Shown: one piece after another, positions 25,292 to 37,018 of the stretch | How positions within the stretch are numbered: the stretch's first letter is position 1 | How the letters are laid out: each line of letters begins with the position of its first letter | Assembly: GCA_025594325.1 (NCBI GenBank) | Contig: JANHCV010000003.1 | Span: forward strand, 868,001-932,000 | DNA: 64,000 bases | Source: Blastocladiella emersonii ATCC 22665 | Taxonomy: Eukaryota; Fungi; Blastocladiomycota | Direction of reading: 5' to 3' | The notes under the pieces: generated by a model | The model's database searches: none | What the model was told of the DNA's origin: nothing | Seen by the model: only the letters and a program-made list of their open reading frames with translations | Made by a program: the position numbers and the translations under genes

Positions 25292-26067
25292 TCGTGATGG
25301 CGAGTGTGACGGGGGATGGGGGATGTGATCCCGCGACGAGTTGTGCTTTGGCGTGTGTTTCGTTTGACTAGACTTGATCCTTTGGTGTGACGCAACGTTC
25401 TTGGGCCGGATCAGAGGGAGGCCAACCATCTGTGAGGAGGGCGAGCGATGGTTGGTCGCGAGAAGTTCATTTCGCGTGTTTGCCGCGCGTTTCGGATTCT
25501 GCATGGCGGCGCCATGGAGGCGACGCCGTCGATTATCATCTCTCTCCATCACCTCACCAACGACGGCCGTGAGCGCTACCTTCCAGCTTCACACTCTCCC
25601 GTCTCGACGAGACGACGAGGACACACCACTCTGACGCGTCTCGGCCAAGCCGACGACCCCTTCACGTTCAAGCCGACCTCGAGCCTCATCGCTCGAGTGG
25701 CGCCCACGTCGCCGAGTGCGGAACTCTCCACTTTGGTTCGCGTTCGTGCGTGTTGATTCTCTGCGGCCACAGCGGCGCACCGCGACCAAACTCAAAGCAT
25801 CGACGAGGAAGGAGGACGAATCCGCGATTGCAGCCACGCTGGCCCCACCTTGTTCGTCGACCCCCGTCGCCCGGCCGCTTTCGTTCTCCCTCCCCTCCCT
25901 CCTACTTGCCCTTCTCGTCATCGAACGAATCGCTGCCGTCCGCCCATCGAATCGCGCGACTCTGGGCCCTTGATCGGCCAGTTCATCGACACCGACACTC
26001 CATGCATCTTCTTCATCTTGCGATATCGCGAACGCCACCCGTTCCACGACACGGCCGCGGTTCCCTC

Positions 26068-28180
26068 ATGTATCGACCATCCTCCGCGTCCGCGTCGCCG
26101 TCACGGCGGCCAAGGCCATGTGCCACCCTGGCCGCTGTCGCCCTCGCAGCCATCGCCCTGCTCTCCCCGACCCCCGTCGTCGCGCAGCGCGCGGCGGGCG
26201 ACCTGTCGACGGCGGCCGCCGAGTGCCTCAAGTACCTCGGCGCGAGCGCGACCTTCTGCACGCCGCAGGCCGCGCCCGCGTACAACTGCCAGGCGTGCGT
26301 CGCGCCCTTCGCGTGTATCCCGACGACGTCGTGTCCACGGGTACGTGACGGCTCCCTTGCTGGCGTCGGTGCGGATTGCATCGACCTTGTTCAATGGACG
26401 CGCGAGGCGCGAAGCGAAGCCAGCCATCCATGGCCCGCCCACTCGGTGCCCGCGCCCCTCGCACCGCTCGCTGCCTCTCGATTGGCCACACCGCTCGACG
26501 ACGCGCGCGACTCCGCCATGGACACTCACTCATGGATGTGATTGGCGGTGCGGTGCGGCCAGCTCGTCGTCTCGCAGCGGCGGCGACCATGATTCGCGAC
26601 AAGGTCGATGCAATCCAATCCAATCCAGCGCCCTTGTTCGCCGTGCGTTTCGAACCTCACCAGATCGCCTGTTCATGCGTATTTTTACATAGCTCCCGAG
26701 CTCCGCGAACGTCGACAACCTGTTCCTCCTCGCGGGTAAGCCCACGGAGGCCTCGTGCTACCTGCAGCGCGTCGACTCGTGCCAGGGCCAGCGGTCCTGC
26801 GTCGTGTGCGACCCGCCATGCCAGCTGGCGCTGCTCTCCAACGGCGTGTGCGGTGTCGGGAACGTCACCACGTCCTTCACGAACGCGACGGCCACGGCGT
26901 CGTCGCGCAGCGCCGCCGTCGCCACGCTCCCGCCCGCGACCAACACGCCGACCGCATCCACGCTGCCGCCCGCCGCGCCGAGCGCGACGCCCGAGCGCGA
27001 CGTCCCGCTGTTCGAACGGTACATGTGGCCGATAGTCGTTGGCGGGTCCATTGTCGCCTTCGCCATCATCATCTCGGCCACCATGTGCGTCCTGCGCCGC
27101 CGGTCCGCGTCAACCAACGCCGGGGCCGGGCACGGCGGTAAGGGCGCGCAGTTCGAGCAGCGCGGGCGCAGTCCGGCTCCGCCACCGCCGTTCCTCCGGT
27201 CCGCGCGCCAGGGCGGCGGTGGTGGGACAACGGGCTCGGCGGGGTCGCGTCGTGGCACGGCTGTCGGCAGCGAGGGCGTGCTCCTGACGCGTCCGTATTC
27301 GCGGTCGGCCAGCAGGCAGTCGTCGAGCCGTGCGTCCCACTTCCAGCTGATGCAGGACGTCGCGACGGGCGGCGACGCGGCCGACGAGCGGACATCCGCC
27401 GAGATGCTTCGGAAACTGCACGCCGCCACCGCTGCTGCCGCCGCTTCCTCATCCTCGCCGGCCGTGAACCCGCACGACCCGTTCCAGACGCCTCCCGCGG
27501 TCGCCGCAGAACCCGCCGACGCGACGCTCGGCGGCCACCTGTTCACCGTGACCCACGGCGCGTCCGACGGCACCGGTGTCCCGCGCCGCGTCCCGCCTGG
27601 CCGCGCGTCGTCGAGCAACAACGCGTGTTCGTCGCGGTCCATCGACATCTCGATCGAGACGGTCGAGGAGAGCAACCCGTACGCCGCCGCCGGCGCGTTC
27701 CACGTCGGCGCCAACGTCCCCGCCATCCCGCGCATGACGCCCGCGGCGGCTGCGGCGGCGGTCGCGACGCGCGAGCCCGCGCTCACGCACTTCGAGGCTG
27801 AGCTCCTGTCCGAGGCGTTTCGCGCAAACTTGATCGACGAGCCTGCCGAGGCGCCGGCCGCGGCGCGAACGGGTCCTTCGGCTGCAGCGACGAGGGGTGC
27901 CGCGGCGCCACCACCGCAACAGCAGATCCGCGAGTACCCTGGCCGCCGGTTACTCGACGTGCACCCGGACCAGCTCGCGAGTCAGCTCTACTCGCCGCCG
28001 ATCCTCACAGGGCTCCCGGTCCCGCCATCACCGACAGGCGCCGCGCGGCCACCAGTACCCGGATGGCCGCCGCAAGGACGTGGCGGAGCGGTCGAGCGAC
28101 CCGAGGGAATGGTCCTGGTCTCGCCGGGCGCTGTCCTGCGCGCGTACGAGTACGACTCAGGGTCGAATTTGTCCGCATGA
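26068..28180 (+). CDS. Single-pass type I membrane protein with a Cys-rich ectodomain, function unknown
   Basis: Signal-like LAAVALAAIALLSPTPVVAQ, about 12 Cys across the two exons (intron 26341-26692), an S/T-rich stalk, TM WPIVVGGSIVAFAIIISATMCVL followed by RRR, and a long disordered tail. Confidence 0.65.
26373..26616. repeat. Perfect 18-bp inverted repeat inside the 352-nt intron
   Basis: GGATTGCATCGACCTTGT (26373-26390) and ACAAGGTCGATGCAATCC (26599-26616) are exact reverse complements. Confidence 0.9.
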
Positions 28181-28494
28181 TAGAGTCGGTTACGTGTGTA
28201 TCTCGCCACGGTCTTTCACTTTTGCGTGCCCTTCGAGGCGAGGAAACAACAGCTGATTTGATTTACTGGCGGGAGAATACGCCACGGCACACGTTCCTGG
28301 CTGGCCACGCTGATCGGCCCAAGTGATTGCGGTTTAGACCTTCGACGCGGCATCGGCAGCTTTCTGCCGAACTTTGGTGAGCTCGATCACTTCTTGGATA
28401 GTGTAATACACCACAAGGTTGTCTGCAGCGACCAAGCAGATCATGATGTATGCACCCGGGAGCGCACCAAGGACGGTTGACCACGGACACCCCA

Positions 28495-28570
28495 ACGCGA
28501 AACGATCGGCAGCGCTATGGCGAACAGAGCGACGCGAAACGATCGGCAGCGCTATGGCGAACAGAGCGAC
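28495..28570. repeat. 37-bp perfect direct tandem duplication in a lower-GC intergenic patch
   Basis: ACGCGAAACGATCGGCAGCGCTATGGCGAACAGAGCG occurs at 28495 and 28532. Confidence 0.9.
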
Positions 28571-28804
28571 TGCAACGCCGATGCTGAAGAATCTCGTTCA
28601 GAGCTTGTGCTTTGCGTATGCAACGACCATAAATCAAATCGCACGCGGCAGTGACGTTCCTGATCAGACGATGATCACGCACGTTGACTGTCAGCAGTGC
28701 GACTTTCTGCTGTCTGAGCGGCGGCAGCCTCCGTTCAAACAAGTTGCGCGGACTAAGGGGTGTGATATTGGTTTGTACATGGTGGAGAGGGCACGGTTGA
28801 GCGC

Positions 28805-29199
28805 TCACGCCGAGACGGTTGCGGGCGCAGCGGCGGGGGTCGAAAAGGTCACGGTCGTGCCCTCGTCCTCCTCGTCGCGCTCAAAGTCGTCCTACGCGCA
28901 CTGTCATGAGTACTTTTGACCGATCGAGTCCGTGTGAGATCACGCACCGGATCGTAGATGACGCGGATGATGAGCGAGCAGCTTGGACACGTCGCCACCT
29001 CCTCGCCGTCAAACAGCTCCTCCTACGTCAGCGCCCTGCAGCGTCAGCCAGCACGCCTCACCGACACTTCATCATAACAAGCCGCAAGACTGACCTCGGT
29101 GATCTGGAACTTGTCGCCGCACGGGCACGGGTACGTGTAGGTCCGCGTGTCCTCGTCAAAGTCGAAGTCCTCGATCTCGATCTCGTCGTAGTAGGACAT
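28805..29199 (-). CDS. DPH3: Diphthamide biosynthesis protein 3 (Dph3/Kti11), CSL zinc finger
   Basis: [35 protein letters not shown]|[25 protein letters not shown]|DDFE... Two introns. Confidence 0.95.
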
Positions 29200-29745
29200 G
29201 GTTCCGGGGGGCTCACGTTGCCACAGCTTTCGGGCGGTTCCAGGAAGATACGTTGCAGCAAGTCGTTTGGTGCCGAGAGCAAAGCGGTAGAGCGGAAGGG
29301 GCCCCCGATGCACCCGGTGAGGCGCAGTCCGCCTGCAGCAAATCGAGTGGCGCTGCCGGCATCACGGGGCATCACCTGGCCCGCCACAGGGACGCGTCTC
29401 GATTCCTGATTGGAGCGCTGATCGTTAATTAAGCGGCGCACCATGCACTCTTGTCCTCGGCGACTGGCTCAAGATTCGCTCAGTGATCGCTGCCCGGGTC
29501 CGTCACATTGATGGTCGGCGGCGTCCCTGCGGGTGAACGACCGCCACGCGTCGGGTGAGCGCCGCAGCAAGAGAACTCGGTGCCCGCGGACGCAGGGACC
29601 GCGCTTTGTGCAGCCGCCATGAGACATTTTTTCGCGGTAAAGTGGGCTTGGCACGTCTGATGCCGAGCCGCAGCATTCATGAGCCACACGCTGCGCCGCC
29701 GGGCCTGCCGCGAGATGGGTGGGCGTTCGACGCCCGCGGCCCTCC

Positions 29746-29752
29746 TATAAAG
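29746..29752 (+). promoter_or_regulatory. TATA box upstream of the tyrosinase-like gene
   Basis: TATAAAG about 175 bp before ATG 29922. Confidence 0.45.
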
Positions 29753-29921
29753 CGTTCATCGCCCTACCTCCTCCCTTCTCCCTCAGAACCCATCCGCGCT
29801 AGACGTGCTCGCGACCCCATCCTGTACACCTTGTCCCCGTCCGTCGCGACGCACACCATAGACGATTCGCTCGAAGGCTGGTCCCTGTCGTCCCCCATCG
29901 TCCCTGAACCCGCATCCCACC

Positions 29922-31742
29922 ATGAAGGTCTCCGTCATCGCCCTCCTCGCCATCGTGGCCGTGCTCGCCGGCCAGTCCGAGGCCGCGGCCAACTGCGGCA
30001 ACGGCATCCGCGTGCGCAAGGACTACCGCGACCTGACCGACGCCGAGTGGAACGAGTTCATCAAGGCCGTCAAGGGCCTCAAGGAGAAGAAGGGTGCCGA
30101 TGACCGCACCAGCGCCTTCGAGGAGTTCACGGCCATGCACGCCAAGTACATGTCCGAGGCGCACGCCGACAACGCGTTCGCGCTGTGGCACCGCCACTAC
30201 CTCCGCGTGTACGAGGACGCGCTCGTCAAGCAGAACCCGGCCTTCAAGGCCCTCCCGTACTGGGACTGGTCGGCCGACTACGCGCTGCCGCACAAGGCGT
30301 CGCTGTGGACGGCCAAGTACCTCGGGTCCTCGGGTGGCGACGGCACCAACCCGGCGTCCAAGTGCATCCCCGACGGTCCCTTTGCCAACCTCGAGTACTC
30401 GTACCCGGACACGCACTGCCTGCGCCGCGGGTTCAGCGTGCAGACGGGCATGTCGGACGCGTACTCGGCCAAGGAGGGCCGCCCGCGCTTCCACTCGCCG
30501 GCCGAGATCTCCAACCTGATCACGTCGACGCCCAACTTTGACGAGTTCCACGACATTCTCCAGTACAACATCCACGCGACGCCGCACACGTACATTGGCG
30601 GTTCGGGCGGCGACATGTACTACCTCAACAAGGCGCCCAACGACCCGGCCTTCACCCACCACCACGCCTACGGTTCGTTTCCTCGATTTGTTCGCTCCGA
30701 CCTTGCATGATTCGATCAACTAACGCATCAAATCCGCCCAACAGTCGACTACCTGCTCACCGTCTACCTCGCGGCGCACCCCAAGGCCAAGCTGCCCGGG
30801 GGCACGTACGCGGCGTTCGGCGGCGCCAAGGCCTCGGACGCGTACGACACGCTCAACCTGTGCTACAAGTATGAGCCGTATTCGGGCTTCAAGCCCAAGC
30901 CGGTGACCACCGCCTACACCAAGCCGGCCTCGACGTCCGCTGCCGCTTCTTCCTCGTCGGCCAAGCCGGCGTCGTCGTCGTCGACTTCGGCCGCCGCCTC
31001 GTCGAGCTCGGCCTCCTCCGCGGCCTCGTCGAGCGGCGCGCCCGCCTACTCGACGTCGGTCGTCATCATCACCGCGCCCGTCACCTACACGGTCCCCGTG
31101 GTCGTGACGGCCTCGGGCTCGTCGTCGCCGGCCGCCGCGTCGTCGACCCCGACCGGTACCGCGTCCGCCTCCGCCTCGACGTCGTCGGCTGCGCCGACGG
31201 CCACGGGCGGCGTGTCGACCTCGTACAGCATCGCCACGTCGATGACGACGACCACGAGCATCGCGACGTACCCGGTCAAGCCGACGGACGGCGCGGCGTC
31301 GTCGGGCTCGCCCGCGGCCACGACCACCGCTTCGGGCTCGCCCTCGTCGACGTACACCATGTCGATCATGCCCATCATCCCGACCAACGAGGCCGACTCC
31401 AAGTACAACAAGGACACGTACTACGGCAAGGAGGCGTGCCCGTACCTCCCGCCCGCCGACTCGTACCTGCCGCCGCCGCCCAAGAAGTTCGTCGAGGCGG
31501 CCAAGTACCCCGAGGCCAAGGTCGCCGAGTGCCAGAAGAAGATGGCGGTCATTGTGGCCGACGTCAAGGAGAAGGCCGACAAGAACGTCTACCTGCCGCC
31601 CCCCGTCACGTCGTACCAGCAGACCCAGGAGTCGCAGGCTATCGACAAGAACAACGGCGTCTCGAGCGACGCGTCCGCCGCCCAGGTCGCGTCGGTCGGC
31701 GCCGCCGCGGCTCTCGCTGCCGTCGTCGCGTTCCTCGCCTAA
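29922..31742 (+). CDS. Secreted, probably GPI-anchored tyrosinase-like di-copper protein
   Basis: Signal peptide, IRVRKDYRDLT, CuA H...HADNAFALWHR, LPYWDWS, CuB HATPHTYIGG..DM...NDPAFTHHHAY, an S/T-rich stalk and a hydrophobic C-terminal GPI-like signal. One intron near 30672-30743. Confidence 0.88.
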
Positions 31743-31800
31743 TCTCGTTGGCTTTTATCTGTACCTAAAATGTATTGCACACTTCTCTTCCTCCGAAACC

Positions 31801-33322
31801 TTATTGACTCTTGACCATGCCGCCATTCATCGCAAACTGAGGCAGCGGCGGAACAGGAGGCACGAGCGCGGAGCCGAGGTCCGTGGACAACATCGAAAAG
31901 ATGCTCGCGCGGACGTGGCTCTTTGACACGGCGCCGCCGCCGGTGTCGCCGCCCTCGACGGCCGTGGCCATGGTGTACGCGGACGCGGACGACACGGCGC
32001 GCTGGTGGTGCATGGCCATCTGGGACTGGGTGCGCGGCGGGACGGGTTCCTGCGGGTAGTACATGAGCGGCGGGGGCGGGACGACCATGGTCGCGCTGGT
32101 CGATGCGCGGCGGTGGTGCAGCGTCGCGTCGTCGCCGTCGCCGTGGTGGTGGTAGTGGTACTCGCCCGCCGTGGCGGTCTCAAACGTCGACGGAGCCGCC
32201 GACGCGCGGCGGATGTGGTCGATGCGCGAGCTCGCGTCGCGCGCGGACCACGCGGACCGGTGGCCGACGGCGGCCATGGCGTGGACGGCCGACGTGAGGT
32301 TCGTGTACCCGCCGACGAGCCCCTGGGCGATCGGGCCGACGCTGCGCACGACGCCGTGCAGGCGCGGCGCCGCGAGCCGGTCGCCGTACGTCTGCAGCTC
32401 GCGGTCCAGGTACGTGATCTGCTGGTGCAGCTGCTCGTGCTCGGCGACGGCCTCGACGAGCTTGTCCTCGTCGGCGCGCTTGTATTTGGCGCGGATCTTG
32501 GCCACGCGCTGCGCCGCCTTGATGGCCCGCGGGCGCAGCTCGGCGAGGCGGTTGTTGTGCTGCGTGCACGTCGACTAGGGGTGGTTGGGGATGAGTGAGT
32601 GGTCAAGCGGTGTGGTCGAGCGGGATAGCGTACCAGCGCCTCGTTGTTGAGCGAGTCGAGGTCGCGGTTCAGCGGGGTCTCGAGGTCGCGCCACACCATG
32701 TCTCCCAGCAGCTGATGTGTGCCGGAGACGAGCTTGAGCGTGTCGGCGAGAAAGTCGACGTCGGCCATGAGATCGTATGGGATCGGGTCTGTCGCGCGCA
32801 CAAGAGTAAGTCTCAGTCCTTGCCCAACCCAAGCAGGGCCCCCGTACCCTCCTCGTCGGGCGCGCGACACGTCGCGATCCCCTGGAGCACGCGGTTGAGC
32901 ATCTCGCCCTTGCTCGCGACGGCGTGCAGCGCGGCGCGGAAATCGCGCGTCGCCTTGACGAGGTCGCTCAGCTGGATGAGCCGCATCGGCTTGGACGCGG
33001 CCGAGCGCAGGTACGCCGAGTCCTCGACCACGGTCGAGTACGCGGTATTGGTGCGCGACCGCGGCTGGACGCCCGACGCGGCTCGGACGTGCGGGGACAT
33101 TGCGCCACTGTCGCCGTCGGTGACACCGTGGCCGTAGTGGCACGGCGAGTAGTACGGCGACGGCGCGCCGTTCGCGGCCCGGGCCGGCGTCGCGGGCGGC
33201 TGCGACATGGGCGCGGCCGAGTACGCCAGCTCGGGCGTGTACGGCGCGCCGCGAAGAATGCCGACGGGCGGGGCGCCGGGGGTCTGCGCCCGCGGCGGCG
33301 GCATGGGCGAGGAAGTATTCAT
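31801..33322 (-). CDS. Helical IMD/BAR-like protein (Ivy1-like) with disordered termini
   Basis: Spliced helical core LSDLVKATRDFRAALHAVASKGEMLNRVL...HQLLGDMVWRDLETPL...EHEQLHQQI resembles IMD/I-BAR folds. The family call is tentative. Confidence 0.5.
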
Positions 33323-33592
33323 GGCGGTGATACAGCAGCGGTTGCTTGATTCGTCGTCAAGGCGCGGGAACAACGGGAGAGAGCGCGCTAGCGGGTGAGC
33401 GGTCGCTTGCGGCAAGTCCCTGCCGTGGGAAAGCGAACGGCGATCGGCGGCCTGACCAACGCGTCCGAGGCGCGTCAGCTGCAAGGCGCACGTGACGTGT
33501 CTCGCGTTGCTTTTGTCTCGCGCCTCTCCCCTCTCGCGTCGCGGGGGATCAAAACGAGTGGTATTTATTGCGGGGAGAGAAGAGTGCGAGGG

Positions 33593-36500
33593 TCACTTGG
33601 CGTTGGTCAGCTTGGTGCTGTTGAGCGCGATGCCGTGCACGAACGTGTTGAACGAGCGCGTCGGGATGCCCTTGAAGCTGCGCGACCCCGAGTCGTACTT
33701 GAAGAACTCGTGGACCTCGGGCGTCTGGATCTCCTGCGGCCCGAGACCGTGGATCTTGCTCACCTACACACGGCATCTCGACCGTTAGCGACGCGAGCCG
33801 CAACCGGAGCCGCAGCGCACCACGCACCGACTGGTTGTCCGCCGCAAACGCGTACAGCCCCTTGAAGCTGTGGTTCTTGGACCCGCGCAGCAGCACGGCA
33901 AAGTTGTCGCTGCCCGACTGCTGCAGCGCCTCGAGCACACTCTCGCGGACCGATGCGTTGACGCCGCCCGCGAGACACACCTGCAGCGCGTTCACAATCA
34001 GCTTCTTGTTCGACTGCTTCAGCGCGCTCGAGATCTTAACGTTGCGCTTGATGATATTCTTCTCTACACGCAGTTGCGGTGGTGAGTGGGAGCAGGTGGC
34101 TGGGTCGGATGCGAGTGGAGGAGCGTACCCTTGATCCCCTCCTTGGACATCGGCTTGACGGCGGCCGGTTTCGAGTCCACGTCGCTCGCCTCAGACCGCG
34201 CGCTCGAGCACGTTTTGGCCGGAGCGGGAGCTGCAGCGACGCCGCTGGTCGACGGCCGCGCGTGGTTCGCGCCCGTCGTCGACCCCGGCCGCCGCGCACT
34301 AGCCGTCCGGCTGCGCGCCGCCGTCACCTTGCTCGTGAACGCCTGCGCCTTGGCCGGCGAGTAGTCGTCGTTGCTGAACACCATTGTGAACCCGCCCGAA
34401 CCCGGCGACCGCGGCGGTGCGGGGTCGTCGGCGGCGTGCGGCGAGGCCGGAACGGCTGGCGCGGGGACGGCCGCGGGACTCGACGGCCGAGGCGATGTAC
34501 GGGCCGGCGATGGCGCGCGGAGAATGAAGCTGCTGGGCGGGGACGACATGCGCGGCGTCGGCTCGCGTGGCGCTGGCGACGGGGCGAGTGCTGGCGTCGG
34601 CTCGCGCGGGGCCGGCGACGGTGCGAGAGCAGGCGACGGGCATTTCGGTGCGGAAATGTGCGCGGCCGGCACAGCGACCGCGTCCTGCCCCGCGGGCTCG
34701 ACCTCGTCGTCAAACTCATCATCGTCGAGGTCCGACACCGCGGCCTCCGTGTCGCCGTAGAAGTCGAGAATGTCGCCGAGCACGCCCTCGGACGCGTCCG
34801 AGCCCGCGTCGTCGTGGTTGTCGGCGACCATCTCGAACTCGTTGTTGCCGATCGCGTTGAGGGGGACGTGCACAGTCGCGTCGTCGTCGACGAGCGACTC
34901 GTGGTGGTGGTCGAGCGGGTCGTGGTGTGGCGCAGCGGGCTCGTCGGCTTCGGCGAGCGGGGTGGATGGGTCGTACGGCTCGGAGACGGAGGTCAGGTCG
35001 ACTGCCGCTTGCTCTGACGACAGGAACGCGGGGAGCGGGTTCTCGCGCGCATGCTCGGCTGCCACCTGCTCGCCGGCGAAGCTCGCGCGGCTCAGGGTCC
35101 GGAACGAGGCCGCTGTTGGTGGGCGGCTCGAGCGAGCTGACGGCGCGTCATGTCGCGAAGCCGAAGTCGATGGCCGGCTCGCGGCACGACGGGCGACTGA
35201 TGGCGCGCGGGAGCCCGTGGCCGAAGGTGCAGCGCTTGGTGCGGACGAGGGCAAGTCCACGGCCGAGTCTATGAGAGCGAGCGTTAGTGCTCGGTTTGTA
35301 ATGGTAACCGATGAGCGTACCATTGAGCTTGGCCGCCGGTTGAGGGACTGACTGCAGCTGTGCCTTCTTGATCCGGACCTTGGTCGACGTCGAGGGACTA
35401 GATCATCACGTCTGTGAGCACGCATCCAGCGTGCAACATCACGAAACACGTACCGAGCCGGAGCCGTCGCCGCGAACAGGTGCATCAGCGCCGCGAGCGT
35501 GGTCGGCTTGCCCGACTTGGAGCAGCCCTCGGCCGGCAGCACCACCTCGGCAAGCGCTGCGGCGTGGTTCTTACCAGCCACGCAATCGAGGAGTCCGGGC
35601 TGGGCGACGTCGACGAACAGGTCCGAGAGCTCGATGGGGTCCGGCTGCGCGAGCGTGATCCAGATGAGAAACCCGTCCTCGACGTCGAACGGCGTGTGCA
35701 GGTCGGGCTGGAACCGAGGGTGCGCCTGCAGGTACTTCTCGAGCCGGTCAAACGTCGGACCGGACTGGGACCGGACGTGCGCCGTGAGGAATGCGAGAAG
35801 CGCGGCGTGGTGGTACTCCTACGATGGCCGCGAAGAGTGGGTGAGTGCATGTGATTCCTACGGGTAGAGCGATCGTACCTCGCCCGCGAGCCCCGCGATG
35901 GCCGGGTACTCGGTCTCGTCGAGCAAAAACTCGCCGTCCTGGTACAGCGACATGACAGCCGCGCGCTCAGTGCTTGGACGAGGCATGAGCTGGCTCGCGA
36001 GAAGGTGGTACAGGTGACCAAACTCGAGTGCCTCGACGACGGCGTTGGGCAGCTCGGCGCTGCTTGAGAAACTCTAGAGATGTCCGCAGTTAGTCGACCG
36101 TTGCAGGAACAGCGCGTTCGAGGAGTCGTACCCTTGGGTCCGAAGTGAGGTCGGCGAGCTCGAGGTAGGCCCGGCTGTCCGGATGGACGAGCTTTCGGGC
36201 GAGCAAGAGAACGTTGAAGCACATGGCTGGGAAGTTGGGGTCGCTCCACCCGCCGCACCGACCCAGCTTGCCGCGGGCAGATACGGGTTCCGCGGGAGCA
36301 TGCGCATCTTCTTGAGCCACAGGCCGGACCGTAGTAGAGTCGAGCTCTGGCGCAGAGTCTGTCGTCGGACCAGTCGGCGAGGCAGTCGTCGGCTCGGTCG
36401 AGTCGACAAAGTGGATGATGCGGCGAAAGTGCTCGACGAGAGCAGCGAGCGGGACCGGCCACTCATCGGCACCGCCGGTCTGCGCGATACTCGACGCCCG

Positions 36501-36758
36501 CTGCATCAAGGGCTCGAGAACGTCCCACAGGACGCGCCCGGCGACCCGCGGCACCGACCCGGCAGTCGACGCAAACAGGGCCCAGTAGTCGGGCGACGTG
36601 GGCGAGATGATGTAGGGCGTGAGGTCGATGGCCAGCGGGTCAATGATGCCGAGTAGCTGGACGAACACGAAGCCGTCGCGGCACTCGTCGGCCGTGACAT
36701 CCGTGTCGAGGACCTGCGAGAGCCACTGAATCGGGTTGGTTTGCATCGTGGATTGCAT
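33593..36758 (-). CDS. CAMSAP/Patronin-like microtubule minus-end protein (CH domain plus C-terminal CKK domain)
   Basis: CKK: SNKKLIVNALQVCLAGGVN...NFAVLLR..HSFKGLY...GLGPQEI...FFKYDSGSRSFKGIP...HGIAL. CAMSAP-type CH region: TPFDVEDGFLIWI. Pro/Ser-rich linker. Start uncertain (36746/36758/36782). Confidence 0.85.
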
Positions 36759-37018
36759 GGGCTTACTTCTATCGTTTTGCATGAAGCGAGAGCTTCCTCC
36801 CGGAGGGCACTCCCTTCTCTCGACACGGACCCGGCGGGGCGGCGTGGAGACGCGTTTGGCGATCACGTGCGGAGTGCGAGACGCGCCGCGCCACAACGTC
36901 CGAGGCGCTCGAGGACCTTCTCGTCGCTCGCGCCGAAACCAAGTTTTCAAGGAGATAAATAGTCAGATCGATTGAAAAAGAGTATGTAACACATGACGCG
37001 ACCGGCCGGCCCGCCGCC

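Noticed and set aside
28419-28919. 166-aa plus-strand ORF with a CxxC
   Set aside because: It starts at TTG, overlaps DPH3 antisense, has non-host codon usage and its frame passes through a 37-bp (non-triplet) duplication.
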